Source: Mobula hypostoma
Lineage: Eukaryota
Direction: 5' to 3'
DNA: 64,000 bases
NCBI RefSeq assembly: GCF_963921235.1
Contig: NC_086097.1
Location: 96,722,001-96,786,000 of the forward strand
Shown one piece after another: positions 13,891 to 27,250 of the stretch. Position 1 is the first letter of the stretch, and each line of letters begins with the position of its first letter. Both the position numbers and the translations under genes were made by a program. Below the pieces are notes generated by a model. The model was given only the letters and a program-made list of their open reading frames with translations, did no database searches and was not told the origin of the DNA.

Positions 13891-14165
13891 AACATAAGAA
13901 CATAAGAACTAGGAGCAGGAGTCGGCCATCTGACTCGTCAAGCCTGCTCTGCCATTCAATAAGATCATAACTGATCTGACCGTGGATTCATCTCCACCTC
14001 TCTGCCTTTTCCCCATAACCCTCAATTCCCGTACTATGCAAAAACCTATCCAACCTTGTCTTAAATATATTTACTAAGGTAGCCTCCACTGCTTCATTGG
14101 GCAGAGAATTCCACAGATTCACTACTCTTTGGGAAAAGCAGTTCCTCCTCATCTCCGTCCTAAAC
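13891..14165 (-). mobile_element. CR1 LINE 3' end
   Basis: FRTEMRRNCFSQRVVNLWNSLP; aacataag repeat tail. Confidence 0.8.
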
Positions 14166-16254
14166 TCCGTGTGTACTAACCTGGCTAGTAAGTAGTTAAA
14201 TCCACTTAATAACATTTACAGTAATTTTGCTCTGAGAAGTTTGAGGTCTGACCTTCAGAAAGTCAAGAGTGACTGGTCCTTTTCCACGAATAATTAAAAT
14301 GCGTACTTTAAAAAGGAAATGACAGCAATCCAATAACGAGGCCAGTCCTATTTGTGTATTATCCTTGCTCATTCTGAACTGGACAGGAACTGCTCTCTAG
14401 GCCGTGTGGCAGATGGGACTGGCTGGTCCCTGTATACCTCACTCTTGAATAGAGAAAGAAAATAATCCTGTTTCACAATAAGGCCAAAGAGGAACTGGAG
14501 AGGCTGGATAGCTTTCAATATCCAGTTGTTTCCATATTCTCAGCCATTAGCCAACCACTGCTAGAAAAAGAAACAAAATCAAAATACAAGCCTTAGTCTC
14601 AAGCACACCATGGGATGCAGTTCAAATGTTCTCACGCCATTCTTCAATCGGGGTGCAGGCCGGGAATGAGAGAATCTGAAGATTGAGACTAACACGGAAA
14701 ATGCTGGAATTATAAATCTCCATGAACTGTTCTTGCATGACTCTTAATTGGCCTAAAGGCAAGACTGCTGGAAGTCTGTCAGCCCTGGATCACACTTACC
14801 ATCTTGTCTTGGGAATGATGGGCCTGGTGAATAAACAAAGTGAAAATGGGCCAAAAGATTGTATATTATGAAAGGGAACACAGAAAGAATTTATTGAAGA
14901 ACATTTAGTTCCACTGGTCTTTGTTCAATAATGCCACCTGACACCCCATCACTGTATTCTTTAATACCTTCATTCCTCATGTACTTACGTTTCCTCTTAA
15001 ATGGATCAGATTCCTCTATGGTCAGATGCTGCAGTAGTGAGTTTCTAATTCTAATTGTTCTCTGTGTCAACTCTTCACTACAATTATGATCGATTCTTAA
15101 ATGCTCTCTAGCTCAAGGGGAAACGTGAGCTTTGTCTATAGTTTAAAAGACCTTTATCAATATACTCTTCATCCTCACTTTTCTGGGCAAACGAACCTCA
15201 TGTCAGCTTCCTGACAAGTAGAACCTTTAACTGGTATCCCCCTTGTAAATCTCTTTTCAGACCACAATCTTCAGCCCCACTTTGAGTCATATAAATTCAA
15301 GGCACAAAGAAAAGATGCCACTCCAACTGCAGTCTAATCAAGACACCATATCAGTCGGTGTAACACACTATGCCAGCTGATACACCAAATATAAATGTTT
15401 AAAAACCAAGCAGTCTCTGAATACTTTATTCAAACTCAGTTTGCAACTGTTAATTTTGTCATTAATGAAATATACACAAATTTAATGGAGCACAGGCCTC
15501 AAGTGAGATTTCAAACAGATAAAGTAACTTCAAATTAATAATAATCTTCATGCCATTCAATTCAAAGTCAACCATAAATTGGGCAAAAAGTTACACAATA
15601 TTGCCAACAACTAGGCTTTCCCTTCAGCATATCAGCTACCTTCAGGAGGCCTGTATATAACTCCTATCGTAATCTTTTTACCTTGTAGTTTCTTAACTCT
15701 ACCCTCAAGTATTCTACATCTTGTGATCCTACGTCACCCTTCCAAGGATTTGATTTTATCTTTTACCACCAGAGCCACCCCGACCCCCTGCCTGACCTTT
15801 CAATATGCTATTTATCCTTGGATGTTAAGCTCCCAGCTGTAATATTCTTTCAACCAAGACTCTGTAATGCCACAACTGCATACCTAATAATTTTTAACTG
15901 TGTTCCAAGATCACCTACCTTATTTTGTATACCACATGCATTCAAATGCAACACCTTCTGTCCTGTATTCACCAGCCTTCTTTTCAATTGCTTCCATGTT
16001 GCCTGAAGTTAAATTCTAACCATTTCTAAACTTTCTGTCTGTATTTTGGGGGCTTCAGTGACCTCTCTGCACTCTCCTTCCCTTTTACTTTACCCATACT
16101 TTTCCAAGATGTTGAAAGCACCCCCATACTATTAGTTTAAAGCCCTATCCACAGCCCCAGTTATTTGATTCCCTACTTTTTCATACATTATAATGAAGTG
16201 ATTTTTTAAAACCACTGTTTATAACTATTTCTTAGACATATTAATGACATAAGG

Positions 16255-16530
16255 ACAGTAGTGTCGCGACTAGTGTAACTCCAATGATCGAGGTTCAATT
16301 CCTACCGCTGTCTGTTAGGAGTTCGTTTATTCTCTCTGTGACTGTGTGGGTTTCCTCTGGGTGCTCCACTTCCATCCCACACGCCAAACAGTTAGCATGT
16401 TGTGGACATGCTACATTGGTGCTGGAAGCATGGGGGGATGCCCCCAGTATAACCTCAGATTCTGTTGGCTGTTGATGAAAATCATCATTTTCGCTGTGTT
16501 TTGATGTGTGTGACAAATAAAGCTAATCTT
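16255..16530 (+). mobile_element. tRNA-derived V-SINE (HE1-like)
   Basis: B-box-like ggttcaattcc followed by the V-domain-like gtgggtttcctctgggtgctcc. Confidence 0.6.
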
Positions 16531-17182
16531 TAAACTTCTCTTTCCTGTAGTCATCACTGGAGTCTTCCCCACTCAAAATGCCAATTCAGTGCTAAACACA
16601 GTGCAATTCCAGATGGAGTTTATTAACCTTAGGTAGGGTCTTAATAACTACTGAATTAAATGAAAAATAACCCTTCATTACTTAAGCCAAAGAGCAAAGC
16701 ATTACAGTCCACTTAAATCACATATTTCAAAATGGCAATAAATATTCTTACAGAAATAGTGCCAAGCCATCTTCTCAACAAAGTTAAAACCGGAAAGTTA
16801 TTTCATAGGAGCCAAGTGTCAGCTTGAAGAACTCACTTGAGCAATTTTACGACAAGATGATGCCAACTTACAAAACACAGAGCAGAATGTAAACACAAGA
16901 GATTCTGCAGATGCTGGAAATCCAGAGTAACACACACTGAACAAAATTCAGGACTTTAGCAGGTCAGGCCTGACAGTTGATGTTTCGGGCCAAGATCCTT
17001 CATCAGGTCTCAGTAGAATTTAAAACGTTAACAAGGTACCTCTCCATACCTGTAGATATACACACGCTTTGTCTGTAATAGCTAACGCAAGGTGGGATCC
17101 ATGTCAAATCAGCTAGTCAAAGTCCCAATAATAACCAGGTTGAAGTGTATGGGTGTGTAGGGACTTGGGTTCCACTCTTCAA

Positions 17183-18142
17183 CCACAACAGGGACAGAGT
17201 TCCCCTTGTCCTTACCAACCACCCCACCAGCCTCCGGATCCAGCACCTTATCCTCCGCAACTTCCGCCACCTCCAACAGGACCCCACCACTATGCACATC
17301 TTTCCCTCTCCACCACTCTCCACTTTCCGCAGGGATCGGTCCCTCCGTGACTCCCTTATCCACACGTCCATCCCCATTGATCTCCCACCCGGCACTTATC
17401 CCTGTAAGCGTAAGTGCTACACCTGTCCCTACACATCATCTCTTGCAACCATTCAGGGCCCCAAACAGTCCTTCCAGGTGAGGCAACACTTCACTTGTGA
17501 GTCTGCTGGGGTCATCTATTGCATCCGGTGCTCCCGGTGCGGCCTCCTCTACATCGGTGAAACCCTACACAGATTGGGGGACCACTTCGTCGAGCACCTC
17601 CACTCCATCCGTCACAATAGACAGGATCTCCCGGTAGCCACCCACTTCAACTCTGCTTCCCATTCCCATTCAGACATGTCCATACATGGCCTCCTCTATT
17701 GCCATGATGAGGCTAAACTCAGGTTGGAGGAGCAACACCTCATATACCATCTAGGTAATCTCCAGCCCCTTGGTATGAACATAGAATTCTCCAATTTCCG
17801 GTAATTCCCTCCCCCTCCCTTCCTCTATCCCTATTTCACTCTGCCCCTCCCCCAGCTCCCTCATGGTTCCGCCTCCTTCTTCTACCACCCACTGTTTTCA
17901 GGGCTATGACGTCAATGCTTCCCCTCCCCCACCCCTTTGTCTTTCAAATTACTGGTCTTTCAACTGAAGCTACAAGCATTCTTCAAATCCTTCCCCATCT
18001 TTCATTCTTCAGTCCTGACGAAGGGTTCTGGCCTGAAACGTCGACTCATCGTTTCTAACTGATGCTGCCTGACCTGCTGAGTTCATCCAGTGCACTAAAA
18101 GTGTTGCTTTGATCACAGCATCTGCAGATTATTTTGAGTTTT
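17183..18142 (+). mobile_element. Penelope-like element, second subfamily (GIY-YIG region plus pseudo-LTR)
   Basis: ORF 17145-17804 RVPLVLT..GVIYCIRCSRCGLLYIGET; TSD cactcttcaa at 17173-17182 and 18143-18152. Confidence 0.85.
18011..18046 (+). ncRNA. Minimal hammerhead ribozyme motif
   Basis: agtcctgacgaagggttctggcctgaaacgtcgact; core conserved although the flanks differ from the other subfamily. Confidence 0.75.
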
Positions 18143-18710
18143 CACTCTTCAAACAGCCAGGAGGAAAGAGTACACTTGCACCCTGCCTCTTACCTATCCA
18201 GCAGTATCAGCTGTGTTATCAACAAAAGAGCAAAGGTTTACCCCTTCCCATAGAGTTAACCTGAAACTCCTAAATAAACCAGATGACTAAATATGACATG
18301 CATATGACAAGTGAGTGTAACGAAGGATTGATAGGGTTAAATGTGTTAGTGCTCCTGTTATGAGAATAATAAGTTCATGTCCCAGATACAATATACAGAA
18401 ATACAGGGTGCAGCACATAACACTGCAGTATGCCACTCAGACACTTCCTGTACTAAGGCTCACACGCACAGCTCTGGCACCTGGCCAGAGAGTTATAACA
18501 GAGGCTATTTGAAAAGTATACTGCATACTTGGAATGCTGAAATATAATATAGTGCATTTTATGTCTGGTTAATTCTGTGTTATTGCAAATGATGGATTGA
18601 AATGAGAAAATCAATTTTTATATTTGCACATATCCTGCATTGGCAACAAACACTGGCGGATTGAGCTTTTAGATGCCCATATCAGTAAAAGTGACCATGA
18701 AACTACTGGA

Positions 18711-19649
18711 AACAACAGGAATTCTGCAGATGCTGGAAATTCAAGCAACACACATCAAAGTTGCTGGTGAACGCAGCAGGCCAAGCAGCATCTGTAGGAA
18801 GAGGTACAGTCGACATTTCAGGCCGAGACCCTTCGTCAGGATTAACTGAAGGAAGAGTGAGTAAGGGATTTGAAAGTTGGAGGGGAAGGGGGAGATCCAA
18901 AATGATAGGAGAAGACAGGAGGGGGAGGGATAGAGCCAAGAGCTGGACAGGTGATTGGCAAAAGGGGATACGAGAGGATCATGGGACAGGAGGTCCAGGA
19001 AGAAAGACAAGGGGGGGGGACCCAGAGGATGGGCAAGAGGTATATTCAGAGGGACAGAGGGAGAAAAAGGAGAGTGAGAGAAAGAATGTGTGCATAAAAA
19101 GATGGGGTACGAGGGGGAGGTGGGGCCTTAGCGGAAGTTAGAGAAGTCGATGTTCATGCCATCAGGTTGGAGGCTACCCAGACGGAATATAAGGTGTTGT
19201 TCCTCCAACCTGAGTGTGGCTTCATCTTTACAGTAGAGGAGGCCGTGGATAGACATGTCAGAATGGGAATGGGATGTGGAATTAAAATATGTGGCCACTG
19301 GGAGATCCTGCTTTCTCTGGCGGACAGAGCGTAGATGTTCAGCAAAGCGGTCTCCCAGTCTGCGTCGGGTCTCGCCAATATATAAAAGGCCACATCCGGA
19401 GCACCGGACGCAGTATATCACCCCAGTCGACTCACAGGTGAAGTGTTGCCTCACCTGGAAGGACTGTTTGGGGCCCTGAATGGTGGTAAAGGAGGAAGTG
19501 TAAGGGCATGTGTAGCACTTGTTCTGCTTACATGGATAAGTGCCAGGAGGGAGCTCAGTGGGCAGGGATGGGGGGGACGAATGGACAAGGGAGTTGTGTA
19601 GGGAGCGATCCCTGCAGAATGCAGAGAGAGGGGGGAGGGAAAGATGTGG
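18711..19649 (-). mobile_element. Penelope-like element 3' part, near-identical to 6271-7206
   Basis: ORF 19128-19454; TSD aactactgga at 18701-18710 and 19650-19659; hammerhead variant at 18808-18843. Confidence 0.85.
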
Positions 19650-21385
19650 AACTACTGGATTGTACTAAAGTAAAATACTACCTAATTAATGTCTTTTCAG
19701 CAAGGGAACTGGTAAAGATGACCATCTCTAATAACTCTGATAACATGATGGTGGGCTTTCCTGAACCAATTTATGTGATGTCAGTGCTCCACAATATTGT
19801 TAAGCAGACAGTTCTAGGATTTTGACCATACAACAATGAAATATCAGATATTGGCTTGTGTTAGTCCTGAAGAACTTAAAAGTAATTGGTATCCCTATGG
19901 ATCATTTTGTTTTTATTCCTAAAACTCCTGCTAGTCAGCTTCACTAAAGAATCTACCAGAAGTTCAAAGTACACTTATTATCAACAATATATATTATTTT
20001 ATATTATACAATCCTGAGATTTGTCTCCTTACAAAACAAGAAATCCAAAAGAACCCATTAAAAAAAGACCAGCAAACACCCAATGTGCAGAGAGAGAAAA
20101 TAAAGCACATTGTGTAAATGATAAAAGTAAGCAAATAGCGTTTAGAACGAAGGTCAGTCCTCAGGCACAAAGCCTGGAGCTTCACTTCAGCACGTAGGGG
20201 GGTAAATGTCACTGAGCCTGGAGCAGCCAGAGGAGGCCCACAGCCTTAGCGCAGAGCAGAGCAGAGTAACTGTTGCGGAGCAGTGAGCAGAACCGGCCCG
20301 ACCGTCACTTCTGGTTCCGATACGGTGCCTTTTCAATCCATCTGGCCCGGTGTTTAACGTGTCACATTGATATACTCTGGGCCCAGACCCTGCCGCCATA
20401 TTTCGGCCCATGGCCGACCTTTCCAAATCGGCCTGGTGCTTACATCGATCAAACTTCGCTCTTGGCTTCGATGGATGGGCCCCCAATTTACCTCTCCTAT
20501 GCTCCAACTCCATCTTTCGAACATGCCTCAACCTCGTTCTGCCTTGACCTTGGTCCGACTGCATCTCAAGCATGCCTCGTCCTCGCTCCGACTTCACTTC
20601 GCACCCGCACGCTTTGACCCTCGGCTCAGCCCTGGCTTCACTCGCTTCTTCATTGTTGTTGTTGTTGCTGCTGCTGTGTTAGATATCTCAGACAGCAATC
20701 CCATACACAACTGGTAATTTCGTCTTGGTGTTGAACCTGAGTTTCTTTCTTGCGCCTTGCAGTCAATGGGAAGAGTTTAGGTAAGCAGGTGTTAGCACTT
20801 GAGTGGGCTGCCATCATCCTAAGTATATCCAGGCTCTGACCTTGTAGGACCATACAAAGCAAATTGCAGCCATGTTGGTGCAGGACCTGAAATCACACGT
20901 AGGCTAGAAAGCAGATAGAAGAATAATCAAGTGAAGAGAAAGGTTCCTTTAGAGTTCAATGAGGAAAAGGGTGGGGAAAATTACCTGATGGTAGAATCGT
21001 GTTCAAAGAGGCTGAAGTTGCAAAGAATGATCCAATAAACAGGGAGGGTGGGATGTTAGTGTAAAGGCCGTGGAAATCCAATTATTTCTTTAGCAAAGAG
21101 GATAGGTAAGAGCAAGGGTGCAGAAAAAAGCTCTGTCAACTATAGTGGAGAGGAAGCCACTGTAAAGGAAATACATCCTTGCAGTGGAAGACAAACAATT
21201 ATAGGCATACTCAAGTTTGCCTTGCACCAAATTGATAAAACTCCTCGCATCAGCTGAAGGGTCTCGGCCTGAAACGTCGACTGCGCCTCTTCCTATAGAT
21301 GCTGCTTGGCCTGCTGCGTTCACCAGCAACTTTGATGTATGTTGCTTGAATTTCCAGCATCTGCAGAATTCCTGTTGTTTGCGTT

Positions 21386-22044
21386 TAAATACTGGAGCGT
21401 ATGGAGGCAACCGACAGGGAGTTCACGGACAGTATGACCCAGCTGACGACGAACATTGAAAAACTGACTAACTCTGTTGCATTAATAAAGCACCTTGTTA
21501 AATGTATAAAACGTCTGCATCAGTGTTATCTTGTATTTCCATACAATGTTACATTAGGCTGTTACACATCTATTGTCAGAGAAGTACTTGCATAAATAGG
21601 TAAACCACCTTCATACAAGCAAGGACAGAAAACAGGGCAAAGTGAGTATACTTATTCACTTCTTCACTTCGTTGTTAAAACAACGAACATCTGTTCCGGC
21701 ACGTCATGACAGCGTTTTTAAATACTCAAAAAAGCTCACTTTACAATTTAACTCTCACGCCGTTCACACTGACTGTGCATTATAACAGCTTGCGCAGTAC
21801 CCAGCAGAAGCAGAAATAAGCATTGTTGTTGTGGTGTTGTCATGACAACGTTTTAAAATCTCTCCGTTTACCCTGTACACACTACGCCGGATATTAAGCG
21901 TTTTCAGATTTATTCACTCTGGAGAGTGTTTTCGAAAATCTCCGTTTTCGGGGGCTGAAAACACCGGCTCAGTGTGGTCGGGAGGGCAAAACGAAGAGAA
22001 AAAGCTTCGTTTTCAAAATTATCCGGCGTAGTGTGGACGTACCC
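21386..22044. mobile_element. PIF/Harbinger-like transposon end fragment
   Basis: Terminus gtagtgtggacgtaccc followed by TAA; subterminal inverted repeat acactacgccggata/tatccggcgtagtgt; CpG-rich; left side abuts a Penelope fragment at 21253-21385. Confidence 0.6.
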
Positions 22045-23479
22045 TAAGTTTTGCTCTATTTGAGTAGCCGGGATGTCTATCGAACTGATTGTTCTTTTGT
22101 ATCAACCTGTATCGGTGGGCTTATAACTTGTAACAATCCTGATGTCAGGCAGTGAACTTGTTGAACCGCCGGAGGGATGAGAACGCTTCTCCCCTGGTGT
22201 TGGGACCAAGTTCACTCGCCGGCTGAGATAGAAGAAAACTGGTGAAAAGATAAGTTACGATCTTTTTGTGCTGTGGTTATTTGATCCGGCAAATTTACGT
22301 TCACACAGCCTCCTCTGTTCTAGGAAAAATATAGAAGCTAATGCAAGTGACTGCAGGTGGACCATTCCTGCAGTATACAGTATATAGCAACACAAAATTA
22401 TCTTGCACATCATGACCAGTTCCTTTCCACAGTTCAGAGATTGGTGCTCCCATACCAGTGTCTGCTTAACCCTGTTCTTCGTGCATTGGCCAGTGCCTCC
22501 TAACCACATCCCCAAGCTGTATCAAGTAATGGGACATGAGGGTGGAGAAAGGTCCAGCTGTATTAGCATTTGGGTATTGCTTTCTTGCAATTAAGTTCGG
22601 GTAGTTGCAATTGGTCACAGATGCTTATCCAACTGTGAACTAACAGTGGATCCAAGCAGAAGATGGTGACATTGTTCATATTAATGTAGGGTTTGATTTG
22701 AGCACCAGCACCTAATGGGAGTGTCAACCCCTTTTATGCTTATATTCTCCCCCAAGACTTGAGCAGGAGGCTTTCAGTTTGCCTCCTACTGACAGATCTG
22801 ATGAGCAATTCAAGATTTGCTCCCTAAATTACAAACATGTGTGACATGCATCAAAGGTGTTCTTGTCCAAGTCTATGCCCTTCCTCCTGCCCTGTTCCCT
22901 GAACAGGGAACTGTTATCAGAGATGAGTTGCCAGGTATTGCACAGGTCTGCTCTTGTCAAATCACCAGTGCCAGAGGAGACAACTCAAGGACAATGTCTT
23001 TACAGCATTTGTTAATCACAATAAAGCAACAAAAATGATTGCAAATTTCTTCTAATTTATATACAAGGGTGATAGTAACTCTCTTCCATACCAATGGCTT
23101 GCAGACACAGTGCTCCACACTTCCAGCAGCTCCAGGCCAATCCAATGACACAAACCCAAGTAAACTTGATCCACGAGCCATCACTTCTGTAAATGTGTTT
23201 CCAAAGGAATGGATGGTCATTGTGATCTCATCCAGAGTTGATAGCTAGCTCAAAATCTTGCATTTGCTGTTATCTTAAAATACACAAGTTAAAGGACAGT
23301 TACTTTCACCATCGTCAGTCTTAGACCCTGCCCACTAACCGATACAGACAACACCTGTTTCTGACCTTGCCATTGTCACCCTGGGTGTAACAGTTAATAG
23401 TTATTTGTTGACCTTGCCCACAGAACATATGACCATTGCACGCCACTGACTGTTATCCATAAATATCAGTCAGACTGGA

Positions 23480-23690
23480 TTTTCACAAACCTTTGTCGGT
23501 AGACAGACCATCAATCACTGACCCTTTCCACCAGCCATTGTCGTCAGACTGACCATCACAGTCTCTTACTCTGCCCTCTAACCATTACAATCAGACCAAT
23601 TGTCAACAATCTCTGACCCTCCCCACCAACCATTATAATCAGACTGACCATAATCAATCTCTGACCCAGCCCACTAGCCGAATGAGCTAT
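23480..23690. repeat. Degenerate ~50-bp minisatellite, about 4 copies
   Basis: Recurring ctgaccc..cca..ccatt..tcagactgaccat units. Confidence 0.55.
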
Positions 23691-24109
23691 CACTGTTAGC
23701 TTCTCAATCTTGTTCAGTGATCATTATATTGAGATCAATCACCCCTAATCTGTCATTACCCACTGGCCATAATAGCCAGACTGAGCATTCTGACTGTGAA
23801 GTCGACTCCTCACTCTTCATACTTACCCCAGTAAAAATTTATACTCTGCATTACTGTGGAACTATTTCTATGACTCTATGGTCTATGGGTCACAACATCC
23901 AAAATATGAAATGTATTTCAACAATCAAGATTTTGTGGTACTGAGATGGTGGAACTCTCAGCTAGAATTTGTTGACTGTAATCTGGGAATCACTGAGCAA
24001 ACAGAAGTCTATGGACAGACATAAAATCCAAACAGATCACAGTGCAACATGGTGCAACACAGTGCAACACAATACAACATGGTGCAAGGCTAATCTGACA
24101 CTGGAAGAA

Positions 24110-25605
24110 TAGAGTTCAGAGTAAACTTACAGATGTCACAATATACAACCCGGCGATTCATTTTCTTGTGGGCATACAGAGTAAATCCAAGAAACACAAC
24201 AGAATCAATGAAAGACCATGCCCAACAGAATGGACAAACAACCAATGTGCAAAAGTCAACAAACTCTGATACAAAATAATTTAAGCAGTTGCCCCAATTA
24301 GCCAAAATTTCAAGAAAATAGTTAAAATGATAAGAAACTACTGTACAACCGAGTAAAATTTTATTTAAATGACATGCAAAACAAATTAGAATACTTTTGA
24401 TTGACTGTAAATGAACAAAATCAGTGCAACACCTACAGCAGATAACAGACTGCCTTCATGCAATGCTTTTGGCGACTGCATTCTCCAAATCTTTAGTTTC
24501 AATGTGGCATTCAAGATAATTGTCAATACCTTTGCAATTCCTAACTTGAAGTAATGAAATCATTTCATTTTCACTCCCGGCTGTTTCTGTTATCTCCAAG
24601 CCTAAATACTTGAAACCGTGGTGAGGAAGCAGTTTCAAATCGTTTTACTGCTTATTCTTCATCAACAATCAGAGACAAAAATCACTGCTTTTTGAATACA
24701 AACATACACAACTGATGCTAATTAAAAACTGATCATATTAAGCATGGAGTAGTGTCTAACGGCCACGCAAGTGCACATGACTAACACCAGTTAGGAAGTC
24801 TCCTGCCCCAATTAGGCAGCATAGTGTCCAAAATAATCAAAGGGAATCCCTACTTTCTTGATTTAGATTTTGTTCTTTATGAGTTGTCTCGAATAAATGG
24901 CTGACCCAATTAACCTGAATGCACCGTAATAATAAATAAATAATCAATAACTATCGATGACATGAGATGAAAAGTCCCTGAAAGAGTCCACAGGTTGTGG
25001 GAACAGTTCAGTGATGGAGCGAGTGAAGTTATCCTCCCTGGTTCAAGAGCCTGATGGTTGAGGGGTAAAAACTGTTCCTGAAGCTGGTGGTGTGGTCCTG
25101 AGGCTCCTGTACCTCCTTCCTGATGGCAGCAGTGAGAAGAGAGCATGCCCTGTATGGCGGGATTCCTTATTGATGGATGCTGCTTTCCTGCCAAAGTGTT
25201 CCATGCAGATGTGCTCAATGGCAGGGAAAGCTTTACTCGTGATGGACTGGGCAGTATCCACTACTTTATGTAGGATTTTGCATTCATGGCATTGGTGTTT
25301 TCATATCAGGTCATGATGCAACCAATTCAACATACCCTCCACCACACATCTATAGGAGTTTGTCAAAGTTTCGGATGACATGCTGAATCTTCACAAAGTT
25401 CAAGGAAGTAGAGCTGCTGCTTGGCCTTCTTCATAACGGTAGTTATGTGCTGGACCCAGGGCAGATCCCCTGAAATGACAACGCCGAAGAATTTAAAGTT
25501 GCTGATGCTCTCCATCTCTGATCCTCTCCAGTGAAGACTGGCTCATGGATCTCGGTTTCCTTCTCCTTAAGTCAATAATCATCTCTTTGGTCTTGCTGAG
25601 GTTGA
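24110..25605 (-). mobile_element. Rex1/Babar LINE fragment interrupted by a Tigger/pogo-like remnant (~24286-24927)
   Basis: KAASINKE..GHALFSLLPSGRRYRSL; the insert ends in cccaattaacctgaatgcaccg-ta. Confidence 0.6.
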
Positions 25606-26234
25606 ACAGCCACTTGAACAAGATATTGTGGGTATTTACACAATCAAAAATGAAAGGTCAAAGGGAAGTAAAAAAATCATTGGGAAAATTGATATTTCGT
25701 GACAGAGGTGGCTAAACTTGCATTGACTTTAACTACTTGGTTCTAACACGTGACAAGAGCAGGTTGCACAAATACTCAAAATCAAGCTGTAATTCACCCG
25801 ATAATAAAAACCTAATCAGCTGTCATCACACATGGCAGATTGCTTGGGTTAACTGAAGTGCAGGCATATGAAACCAATTACCGTGGCTGCACACAGTACC
25901 TACATCTGGAACTCCAATCGCAGATCACTTAGAGTTGGCTACAAATTGGCCTGAGATATAGAGCCTGCATTGTTTACTGCTTCCTCAAGAAGCAAATGAG
26001 CTCCCTCAGTGAAGTAAATTTATTGTACAACTCCCAAAGGTAGCATTAAAGACAGGGGTGACTGGAGATCAGGCACAGGCAGAGAAGAGGCTAGGCAGTA
26101 TGTGAGGAAGGGAATGTATTTTATGGGGCAAGGACAAAAGGTGAAAAAGTGTTAATATTAAAAGAACAACCTTGACTGCTGGTAATTTAAACTCTAGGAC
26201 ACAGCTGTATAAGATTCCTGTACATGGGGGCCAC

Positions 26235-27250
26235 AAGAGTCAGCAGATGCTGGATGCTAAAGCATTAAAAGAAACAAATGGCTGGAGGAACTTCAGCAGG
26301 TCAGGCAGTATCTATGGAAGGAATAAACAGTCAACGTTTTAAGCTAAGACCTAGCATCAGATCTGGAAAGGAAGGGGCCAAGAAACCAGAATAAGGTGAT
26401 GGAGTGGTGGTGGTGGTGATGGAGTGGTGGTGGTGGTGGTGGTGGTGGTGGTGGTGGTGGTGGTGGTGGTGGTGGTGGTGGTGGTGGGGGGGAAAGTAAG
26501 AGTACAAGCTGGCAGGTGATGTGAGAGGACGTCCTTTTAGAACTGAGATGCGGAGAAATTACTTTAGTCAAAGGGTGATAAATCTGTGGAAGTTGTTGCC
26601 ACGAGCAGCTGTGGAGGGCAAGTCATTGGGTGTATTTAAGGCAGAGATAGATAGGTTCTTGATTAGCCAGGGCATCAAAGGGTGTGGGGTGAAAGCAGGG
26701 GAGTGGGCATTACTGAAAGAATTGGATCAGCCCATGATTGAATGGCAGAACTGACTCTTGTGGTCTAAGTGACGGGAGATAATCTAAGAAGCTGGGAGGT
26801 GATAGGTGGAAGAAGTAAAGGGCTGAAGAGGAAGGAATCTAACAGCAGACATTAGACCAAGGAATAAAGGGAAGAAGGGGGTGGAACAGGAGGGAGGTGA
26901 TGAGAAGAGTAGGGGTGAGAAAGTAACCAGAATATGGAATAGAAAAAGAGGAAGGGGAAGGGGGAAGAGAGGAAATTACCTAATGATAGAGAAACTGATA
27001 CTCATGTAATCAGATTTGAGGCTACCTAAACAGAATATGAGGTGTTGCTCATTTCACCCATGTTTGGCCTCATTGTGGAAGTACAGTAGGCCATGGACAA
27101 AAATGTTAATATGGGAATAGGAAGTCAAATTGAAATGCCTGGCCACTTGGAGAGCCTTTCTCCTGGAGCAGACAGAGTGAAGACACTCGACGAAGCCCTT
27201 GCAGATGCTACTCAATCCAGGGATTCCCAGCAGTTTTTTTTTCTTTGCTT
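26235..27250 (-). mobile_element. Old Penelope-like remnant with a CR1 3' fragment inserted at ~26522-26765
   Basis: Degenerate pseudo-LTR and hammerhead at ~26329-26365; FRTEMRRNYFSQRVINLW on the + strand. Confidence 0.6.
26405..26487 (+). repeat. (GGT)n microsatellite
   Basis: Direct reading. Confidence 0.95.

Noticed and set aside
20187..20717. GC-rich overlapping ORFs
   Set aside because: Adjacent to a Rex-like repeat tail (19960-20150); appears to be repeat-internal sequence with no recognisable protein.
23090..23263. Minus-strand frame with an in-frame TGA (MQDFELAINSG*DHNDHPF..) as a selenoprotein
   Set aside because: No recognisable homology or SECIS element; likely chance.
23480..23690. 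CRISPR-like array
   Set aside because: Vertebrate DNA; degenerate tandem units without unique spacers.
26344..26571. Poly-Pro/His ORF
   Set aside because: Translation of a (GGT)n microsatellite within a repeat.
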